From: Mobula hypostoma
Lineage: Eukaryota
Direction of reading: 5' to 3'
DNA length: 64,000 nucleotides
Assembly (NCBI RefSeq): GCF_963921235.1
Contig: NC_086097.1
Span: forward strand, 96,722,001-96,786,000
Numbering within the stretch: position 1 is the stretch's first letter; each line of letters begins with the position of its first letter. This document shows, one piece after another, positions 54,586-64,000 of this stretch. The notes below the pieces were generated by a model. That model did no database searches and was not told the DNA's origin. It saw only the letters and a program-made list of their open reading frames with translations. A program made the position numbers and the translations under genes.

Positions 54586-56995
54586 TAATCCTTCTTGACA
54601 GCATCAATTCAGAGTTGAAATGGATTTAAACTTGGGGAAAGCGGACTCTAAAATAGTCTTCATCTGACAATAATGTTTGGGGGAAAAGATAATCATAATC
54701 AACATACTGTCTTGTCATAGAGAAAAGTATAAGGCCTCATGGTATCTCCCTTGATCCAAGCATTAGGCATATACTAGGGAACAAATTGCCACCTGGATCA
54801 CTGATGGAATGCTAGCTGCTTACTGACTCCAGTCATAGCTGTAAAATTGGCCTCAAAATATTGATTGCGACATGAAACACTGCAGAAAAATCAATATCGA
54901 AGGGCTCAAAAGACCCTGCAAAGAAATCTCTAGCTTGTTAATGCCTCACGAATGACTTTTAATCAACAGGAGCCACAGAGAATCCAGTGTCTGGAATGCC
55001 CTGGAGTCCACTATAGTTAACATTTGTGAAGACACTCATGACTTCTCTACCAGAAAACACTGAGACAGTTTTTTGTGAGATTGACTGGGAGTTTAAAAAA
55101 AAATGAATGCAAAATGATTTTCCTGGCAGCTAGAGACAACAAGGTCCAACAAAAAAAAAAATTGGAGGCCCTAACAATGGATTGTAAGTGAAAGGAGCAC
55201 AAGAGATCCAGCTACTTTGATTTGTCAGTGCTGTCAAGACTATTTATGGCCAAGCACCATCCTGAGAAGAGGTAATGACATAGAAAAGGCACATCAGGGA
55301 TAGCAGCTACTGGAAGAGGACATCCAGGACCCTCCTCAACCAGCACTCCCTCTTTGATGCACCTACCCTGATTGACATCCTTTAGTCCACTATGCACGAG
55401 ATTTTCTATGCTATCCCCAACATGGCAACCGGATGAAAAAGTCACCAACAAAGCTTCTAGAATGGACAAAATCCTCGCTGAAGTACTGGAACACAGCAGA
55501 GAAGTGCTGGTGTGAATTTATGACATCTGAGAAGAACAAAACACATTAGGGACTGCAGAGGCTAGGTCTGCTTTCCTAAGAGTAGGAGAGGCTGAGAGAA
55601 AATCTGTTAGATATACTGTATACAAAATAATGAGGGGCATGGATAAAGTGAATAGTGAGAAACTTTGCTCATAGCAAAGGGCATTGGTTTGAAGTAATGG
55701 ATAGGATGTTTAGAGGACATGTAAAGAAGGGCTTTTCATCTAGAGAGTGGTTGGAGTGGTGGAGACAATCTCACAACTTTTAAGAAGTATCTAGACAATT
55801 GCTTGGATGGTCAAGTCACAGAGACTATGGACCAAGTGAGTTGAAATGAGATTGCTAAGATTGGTGCTTGATGGTCAACCTGAACGTGGTGTGCTCTATG
55901 ACTCTCTTTATGACTGACCAGAAATATGACAATTTTAAAGAAGGAAGCCATGTCCATTTGTAGTAAATGTAGAAGGGTCTGTCGGTACTGCTATAGGGAA
56001 AATCATCTCAAGGGTACTTTTCAACTACTTTCTTTGAATGGGCAGTGTTTTCCATCCCCTTTCCTCTGCTCTCCCTGGTGCAACCTTCCCATCATCTTTC
56101 ATCCCTCCTCACCAATCACTTTGTCTTTGTATCTCACCTCTCCACTTTCCCTTTATACTTCCCTTCTCTCTCCATTCTCAGTCTCAGTCTCGTTTCAGCC
56201 TGGAACTTCAACAATTCTTTCATCTCCACACGGATGTTTGCTTAACCTGTTGAGTTTCTGCAGTAGATTGTTTATTGGTCTGGATTGCAGCATCTGCAGT
56301 CTCGTGTGTCTTGAGTTTCTCAGAGTCATAATATGGATTTTGTCATTCAAGAGATACAATGGGTGTGATCTTCACCACACAGAGCATATTGGAGGACAGC
56401 AGTATTCACTATACGTGGCATGTTTTCAGCTGCGCAAAAACATTAGCTCTTCTATTAATAGGGATTTGTAGAGCTCCTCTTCAAATTGTGCTGTCCTCAA
56501 AACGCTCATCTTTCTACATCTGCTAAATGAAGGTATGAACATCTAAGAAATTATGTTAACTGGTCTATCATAGACCCATGCAAACTGAGGTGAAGTGAGA
56601 ATCTGCCATTGAACGCCCCTTCTCAGTCTCCTTCATTACAATATTTTGTTCTGTCACCAACAAGGTTCCCCTAGAATGAAAGAAGCATGCATGATGTATG
56701 GGAAACCATTCAACCTTGGCCAGTACACAGCCCAACCAAGATCACCCCAATCTCAGACATCAATTTGCAGTACACAACCAATATTTGCATTTGTCTAATT
56801 TCCCAACAGGCTCCAGAACAGGGTTTTGATATTCTGTCATACTTAACCATTGTCTTAGATGTGTATTATGTGTTTTGTTCTGCTTTTATCAGTTTTACAG
56901 AGTGCAACTCTCAATGGGTGGGGGAGGAGAAGTATCTAATAGTTGTAAATTAATTGACATTCTTTAACTCACGATTGTTTCAAAAATTTTTGCAG

Positions 56996-57117
56996 CTTGC
57001 ATGCAAGAACTGTGGCTATGCGTATTGTTCATCTTGCCTCAGTTACAGTGCCTTTGTCCCCTGTGGTGGGCATACACAGCAAAAGGTCTGCAGGCAATGC
57101 CATGGAGCACTTACAAG
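56996..57117 (+). CDS. ZFYVE19: ZFYVE19 coding exon 2 (FYVE domain)
   Basis: tttttgcag|LACKNCGYAYCSSCLSYSAFVPCGGHTQQKVCRQCHGALT|gtaact; 122 bp; in frame with the previous exon. Confidence 0.95.
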
Positions 57118-57750
57118 GTAACTGATGATATGAAAGTAGCATAATCCAGAAAACTAGTGAATTATCTCTTGTTTATAATAAATATCATTAAAGTGCAGAT
57201 ATTAGAAATCTCAAATAAAAACAGAATTTGCTGGAAACATTCAGCTGGTCATGCAGCATTTGTCTGGGTGTTTTCTACCTGTAACGGTAACTCTTCCTCT
57301 TTTCATATATGTTGTATTACTACAGAATGTTTCCTGCGTATTCTGTTTTAACAGAGACATGAGAGACTGAAGATGCTGGAATCTGGAGTAAACCAAACAA
57401 GTCGCTCAAGGAACCCAGCGGGTTGGGCAACATCTTTGGAGGAAAGGGATGATCAGCTTTCTCAGTCGAGACCTTGCATCAGCATTGAGGGTGTGAACGG
57501 GGAGAATCAGAATCAAGTTTATTATCACTGACTTGCTTGTCGTGAAAGTTGTTTTCCAGCAACGGTTTAGTGCTATATGAAGAGGCGCATGGGGAGGAGT
57601 GGGGCAGATGGAGCAGAGTGAGGAGGAAGTGATGGGCAGATGGAGAAGGGAGGGGTGGAGTTAGCGACAGAGGCCGGGAGGTGATCGGTAGATATAAGAG
57701 ACCTGTAGATTGTGGAATCTGAACAGAAAGGAAGGTGATGAGTACAATTA

Positions 57751-59356
57751 CAAACCCCATTTCCAGAAAAGTTGGGATATTTTCCAAAATGCAATAAAAA
57801 CAAAAATCTGTAATATGTTAATTCACGTGAACCTTTATTTAACTGACAAAAGTACAAAGAAAAGATTTTCAATAGTTTTACTGACCAACTTAATTGTATT
57901 TTGTAAACATACACAAATTTAGGATTTGATGGCTGCAAAACACTCAACAAAATTTGGGACAGAGGCATGTTTACCATTGTGTTATATCACCTTTCCTTTT
58001 AATAACACTTCGTAATTCGCTTTGGAACTGAGGATACTAATTGTAGTAGATTTGCAATTGGAAATTTTGTCCATTCATGCTTGATAAAAGACTTCAGCTG
58101 CTCAACAGTCCGTGGTCTCCGTTGTCTGATTCACCTCTTCATGATGTGCCATACATTTCCAATAGGAGATAGATCTGGACTGGCAGCAGGCCAGTCGAGC
58201 ACACGCACTCTGTGTCTACAAAGCCACGCTGTTGTAGCCTGTGCAGAATGTGGTCTGGCATTGACCAGCTGAAATAAGCATGGACGTCCCGGGAAGAGAC
58301 GTCGCCTTGATGGCAACATATGTCTCTCTAAAATCCTAATATACACCTCAGAGTCAATGGTACCTTCACATACATGCAACTCACCCATGCCGTGGGCACT
58401 GATGCAGCCCTATACCATCACAGATGCTGGCTTTTGCACCTTTCGCTGATAACAATCTGGATGGTCATTTTTATCTTTGGCACGGAGAACTCGACGCCCG
58501 TTTTTTCCAAAAACTAGCTGAAATGTGGACTCATCTGACCACAGCACACGGTTCCACAGTCTTTCGGTCCATCTGAGATGAGCTCGGGCCCAGAGAACTC
58601 GCCGGCGATTCTGCATAGAGTTGATGGATGGCTTCCTCCTTGCGTAATACAGTTTCAAGTTGTATTTCTGGATGCAGTGACGGACTGTGTTGAGTGACAA
58701 TGGTTTTCCGAAGTACTCCCGATCCCAGGTGGCTATAATTGTCACAGTAGCATGACGGTTTCTTAGGCAGTGCCGCCTGAGAGCTCGAAGATCACGCGCA
58801 TTCAACAGTGGTTTCTGACCTTGCCCTTTACGCACTGAGATGTCTCTTTATTCTCTGAATCTTTTCACAATATTATGTACTGTAGATGTTGAAAGACCTA
58901 AATTCTCTGCAACCTTGCGTTGAGAATTGTTCCTTTTGAACTGACTAACAATTCTCTCACGAATTTTGGCACAAAGGGATGAGCCACGACCCATCCTTGC
59001 TTGCAAAGACTGAGCCTTTGATGGACGCTACTTTTACACCCAGTCATGATATCTCACCTGCTACCAATTAGCCTGCTTAATGTGGAGTCTTCCAAACCGG
59101 TGTTACTTGAATATTCTGTGCACTTCTCAATCTTATTTTAACTCTGTCCCAACTTTTGTTGAGTGTTTTGCAGCCATCAAATTCTATATTTGTGTGTGTT
59201 TACAAAATACAATTACGTTAGTCAGTAAAACTATTGAAAATCTTTTTTTTCATACTTTTGTCAGTTAAATAAAGGTTCACGTGAATTAACATATCACAGA
59301 TTTTTGCTTTTATTGCATTTTGGAAAGTATCCCAACTTTTCTGGAAATGGGGTTTG
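57751..59356 (-). mobile_element. Full-length Tc1 transposon (1606 bp) with a defective transposase
   Basis: ~210-bp TIRs starting caaaccccatttccagaaaagttgggat; TA on both sides; transposase 58994-57971 with in-frame stops, WSDES and SPDLSPIGN. Confidence 0.92.
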
Positions 59357-60549
59357 TAGATAAGGGAGGGATGGTTTTCAGATGGGAACAGTGGGAGTAG
59401 TGCATTGAGGACCCAGTGTTGTTTTAGGCAGAAGGAACCAGGTGGTGCAGGAGAAAGTTGCCCAGTTTTTTACCCCTCCTCTACCTGACTGCATCTGCCT
59501 ATCAATGCCTCCTTACCTGGTTCCACCTATCATTGCCCCCACCTACTTCACCTCTTTATTCCAGTTATCTATGTCTTTACACTCTCAGTCTCAATGCAAA
59601 GTCTTAACCTGAGTTATCAACCACCCCCTTTCCTACACAGGTGCTGCCTCACTTGCTGAGTTCCTCCAGCTTCCTCAATTTCTTCTCGTTATTTTTATTC
59701 ATAATGTCACAAAAGCAGAGCTTATGGTGTTACATAGGAAGAACAATTGAAATAATGTAAATATTTTATATTACCATTTTTTACAAGGCAGCTATGTAAC
59801 ATAGAACAACTGACTACAACATAATTGGGGTCACTTGCATAGGATTTCTGCTATTAGTAGTTTATTTCTCACTGTTAATAAATAAATAAATAAATGGAGA
59901 AAAATGTTTTTTATATAGCAACTTATTGTCTGAAGGTGTTTCATGGAGTACTACCAAGCAAAATTTGATGGCAAGCCTCTAGGGTATTAAAATGGGTTTG
60001 TGTAAAAGTGGGGTCCAGAGGAAGGAAAGTCGGGAGTGAAGGACTTCAGCAGCTGAAGGCAAGACCACCAGAAGAGGAACGATCAAAATGGAAGCTGTGG
60101 AAGAAATTACAATGGATGATATCTTGATGGATTATTAGGTTGGAAGGGACGACGCTATGGAGTAATTTGAATGCGAAAATTAGAATTTTAAAAAGCATTG
60201 TTTAACCATTGCAAATGTAGGTCATTGAGGGCTGTATGAATGAAATGATGTCTATTAAGACTCAAAGTAGACTTGGATAATGTTTATGGAGAATGGGCGA
60301 TGTGATGTTGGTTAATCAAAATTAAAGTTTACTAAAGCTTGGTGAACAATTTGAAGTGACGATGAGCTGGGCAGAAAAGGGGACAACAAGTGGATTACTA
60401 TAATGACATTTATAATCTTTGAACCAATAACTGAATCAAATATTGAATCAAAAATATGGTACTACCCCACCACCACCCTAGATATGGCCCAGACAGTTCA
60501 TAATCTCTACTATGACCACACATTTTTCATTTGTGTGTTAAATATCCAT

Positions 60550-60773
60550 TGTTGTGTATGTGGCCTGGTTACACAACAATGCTATTAATAAAAACACAGG
60601 AGATGGGAGCTAAGTTTCATGATTCTTTACTGGCAGAATCCAACTTGCCACACACACGTACAGATCAATACGTGCCTAATAGTGCATGCTCAATACGTGC
60701 CTAATAGCGCATGCAGCAACGGGTCCCTACAACATAAAGTAGTCCCTTATAATACTATAAGCCATACGGTACA
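60550..60773 (-). repeat. 3' LTR, with polypurine tract at 60774-60786
   Basis: Direct repeat of 63763-63962 with an extra ~25-bp tandem duplication; adjacent purine run on the minus strand. Confidence 0.9.
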
Positions 60774-61152
60774 CTCCTCCCCTTTTATTTTAATAGTATA
60801 TCAACTTTTTTTTAACTGGGTCACTATGCTAAACAAATATGTCTACCCTTAACATACAAATGCCTACCATTTGTTTTACTTAGTAACTTAATATCAAATC
60901 ATAACAAAGTAACATAATGTCAAATTATAACAAAGTAACATGATAATATCAAATTATAATGAGCTTTTTTGATTTTTGGTCTAAGACCCATTTCTAACTC
61001 AAGTCTGGGGGGGGGGTCTTCTCTGCCTCTCCGGGTAACGTCTGTCAATAAACTTGTTTGTTTTAATACAGATTTCCATATAAAAGTCATGAAAAGTTGA
61101 CCCCTGAGCATAGGGAGTTAAAAATTTGTGCGCCTCCAACTTGCTAAGAGTT

Positions 61153-62074
61153 CTAGGCAGCAGATCGCCTCCGTATAATGAAGACTGCTCTGTGCAGCTG
61201 TCCTAGATATATACACATCTTTGTGCTATCACTTGTCTTCCTTACCCATATCTCATTTGTTCCCCAACTGAGCTAATTACATAGCCAATCTTTGTATTCT
61301 CCTTGAATTCCAAATAGATAGCCTAACCTTTATGATACCATCTCTTATCGTAATATAACTTTCCATCTTCTATTCGTGCTTCATATCTTTGGGCTGGTGA
61401 TTCAGCAGGAGTGCTGGGAAGGTGCTCAGGAGAAGACGGAGATGCTGGTCTTTTCGGAGATTTAAGCTTATTAAGGGTTCGCAGATCTTCCATTATCTGT
61501 TTATCTGTTAACAAGTAATTTAACTGCGCAGGTACAGATTTTCGTCTTTTGTCGGTAATTGGAACAGGGTCATAAGGTCTCCTCCTTAGTTTCCTACCTC
61601 CATAGAACCTCCTGTGAATTCCATTGTTAGCCTCTCGTTCTCAATCACCTTTTTCTTTTCTTCTAACTCAATCTTTTTATCTTCAGATTCCTGCACTGTT
61701 GCTTTCTTCTCTTTAATGTAATTCTTTTCCACTTGTTCTGTCTCCAGTTGCAGAAAGAGCTCTGCATTTCATATTCTTTCCTTGTATTGTTGATCTAGTT
61801 TCTTTATCCTTTTCTGATACTCCTGCAAAGTGCCTTCCTGTAACTGCTGTAGCTGTCTTTTGAGAGATGTCAATTTCTCCTGGTACATCTGTTCTTTTAC
61901 TTCCAGGTAGTCTTCATCATCCTGCTTATTGGCAATATCTGTCTCCCTTGCATCCTCTGTATCTTTATCCGAGTCACGGCCACGGATACTGTGTTCGTCC
62001 TCATCGTCGACGCTGTCTAGCTCCTCTTCGTCGTTGTAATAGTCGACAATGGGTGAGAGGAGAGCTGCGGACAT
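61153..62074 (-). pseudogene. SUDS3: Processed (intronless) SUDS3 retrocopy spanning start to stop, disabled
   Basis: [74 protein letters not shown]; stops at 61769 and 61323, two frameshifts, two short deletions. Confidence 0.95.
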
Positions 62075-63378
62075 CTTCCCTGCCAAGCTGCCCTCCTTTG
62101 TTGACACATCTAGTGCCTTGATGGTCTTCCAATCCAACTGGACTTTCCTGAGCCATTCACGTCCCAGCAATGGTGGTACTCCATTGTTCAGTACATAGAG
62201 GTTCAGCTGCTGTGTTTTGTCTCCGTAGGTCACTGTCACTTTAATTTTGCCTTTGGGACGCACTTTCCATCCTGTGTAAGTCTTTAGCAGTAGTTTAGTT
62301 TGTTTCAGAGGTATGTGAGAAAACAGTCATTTGTAATCATGTACAGAGATCACTGTTAAAGCTGAGCCTGTGTCCAACTCCGTTTTCAGTCTCACGCCCG
62401 CCACTTGTGGAGTTATCCATATTACTCTTTGATCATCTGTCTCTTTCATGCTGTGAAGTTGCAGACAAGACAATTCACTTTCGTCTGAGTCGTTTTCATC
62501 AGAACTGCTTTCTTTCATTTTGTGTACATTGTTGTGTTTTCCTTTCTGGGGTTTCTTGTTTCTCTGTATTTTGTCCTTTTTCTGCTGTTTACTAGCTTTG
62601 CATACTCTGCCAGTGTGGCCCTGTTTGCCACAGTTTCTGCATTCTTTGTCTTTAAACCAACAATCATCAGGGTTATGTGGTATGGTCCCACAATGGTAAC
62701 ATTGTTTACTAGCTTTGCATACTCTGCCAATGTGGCCCTGCTTGTCACAGTTTCTGCGTTCTCTGTCTTTAAACCATGTGACATGTTCCCACAGCAGTAA
62801 CATTTCTTTCCTTCATTTCTGCTCAGTGACATTTTATTCGTAGCATATTCCAGAGATTTTTGTTGTATCTGTGAGGCACCCCATGCTGCTGTTTCCGTTG
62901 ATATTACAATGTTCAGCACCTTCTCGAATGTAAGGTCTTTTTCACCCAGGAGCTTCTTCTGTGTGGTTTCACAGTGCGTGCCACACACTAACCTGTCCCT
63001 CAATGCATCCGATAGACCAGCTCCAAATTGACAATGTTCGGATAATTTGTGCAATTCAGCACAATATTAAGAAATACTTTCATTTTTGCTCTGATTCCGA
63101 TTGTGAAATATAAATTTTACAGCAATGATCAGTGGTTTGGGGTTTAAATGCTGTTGGAGAGTGTCTACTATTTGCTTGAACGTTTTGTCAGCTGGCTTTT
63201 CAGGGGTTAACAAGCTCCGTAGCAGGCCGTATGTTTTTGCTCCCATAACACTGAGTAAGTCACTGGCTTTCTTTTCATCATTACCATCATTAGCATCACA
63301 ATGTAACTCCACTCTCTCACTGTAAGTTGCCCAGTCTTCAATGCCACTATCAAATGCTGTAATGGTTCTAATCATCAC
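62075..63378 (-). pseudogene. Gypsy gag and aspartic protease remnant
   Basis: EDWATYSERV..LRSLLTPEKP; LRDRLVCG; CCHC knuckles; ELDTGSALTVIS; LLGREWL. Confidence 0.9.
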
Positions 63379-63762
63379 AATCTTTGTTATGTTAATTTAG
63401 CCCCGTTTTCCCCTTGTTTTCTTTTTGACTCGCCTATCCTTTTTGCTAGAACCATGAGTGCACTCCATCTAGATCTGTGTGTCGCTTCTTTTTATCTTGC
63501 TTTTGGGGCAGGCAGACCCTCAGCCCTGGGGGTCAGCGCCGGCTGTGGTCTTGCCTGGACGTGCTGCAGCTCTATCTGTGTCTCTTGGTCTCCCGACATT
63601 CCCGACCCTGGCTGTGCTCCCACTTCCTTTTAGATTCGCAGCCTCGCTCTGCCTCCTTCTCTCGCTCCTTGGCTTATTCCTTGCTCTCTTTCTGCGAGTG
63701 CTGTTATCAACTAATAGACGGCGTTCCGATAAGATGTAGGTTCATTAACCTCGTCACCAATG

Positions 63763-63962
63763 TGTTGTGTATGTGGCCAGGTTACACAGTAATGCTGTTA
63801 GTGAAAACACCGGAGGTGGGAGCTAAGTTTCATGGTTCTTTACTGGCTGAATCCGAACTCAGCACACACATGTACAGATCAATACACGCCTAATAGTGCA
63901 TGCAACGACGTGTCCCTACAACATAAAGTAGTCCCTTATTACACTGTAGGCCATACGGTACA
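63763..63962 (-). repeat. 5' LTR, with primer binding site at 63749-63759
   Basis: 200 bp TG..CA; PBS TGGTGACGAGG is one mismatch from the complement of the tRNA-Ser(GCT) 3' end (recalled). Confidence 0.9.
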
Positions 63963-64000
63963 TCCATAATTGCCATTTTTAAAGGTGTCATATTTGCTTA

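Larger units (their letters stand above)
60550..63962 (-). mobile_element. Gypsy (Mag-like) LTR retrotransposon carrying a captured SUDS3 cDNA in place of most of pol
   Basis: Two TG..CA LTRs; TSD tccat at 60545-60549 and 63963-63967; PBS; PPT; gag with zinc knuckles and a DTG protease. Confidence 0.93.

Noticed and set aside
55926..56471. 181-aa ORF in ZFYVE19 intron 1
   Set aside because: Runs through pyrimidine-rich, decayed Penelope pseudo-LTR-like sequence; no protein-like signal.
61153..62074. Functional SUDS3 gene
   Set aside because: No introns, two premature stops, two frameshifts, and it sits inside an LTR element.

Overview
Repeat-dense vertebrate genomic DNA. The repeat families (CR1, Rex1/Babar, V-SINE, Penelope-like) suggest a cartilaginous fish, probably a ray; this is inference. 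Two host genes lie head-to-head. DNAJC17 (- strand) has coding exon 1 at 48865-48939 and exon 2 at 12684-12753, separated by a ~36 kb intron. ZFYVE19 (+ strand) has coding exons at 49444-49497 and 56996-57117. They share a ~0.5 kb CpG-rich promoter with clustered ZNF143-type motifs. The top finding is a Gypsy LTR retrotransposon (60550-63962; both LTRs, PBS, PPT, 5-bp TSD) whose RT/RNaseH/integrase region is replaced by a start-to-stop, intronless copy of the host Sin3-HDAC corepressor gene SUDS3, fused in frame to gag-protease; this copy is now decayed. Other highlights are minimal hammerhead ribozymes in Penelope-like elements, a Rep-less Helitron with both termini inside an RTE LINE, two Tc1 elements and a possible unannotated 4-exon gene nested in DNAJC17 intron 1. 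Boundaries of old repeats are approximate.
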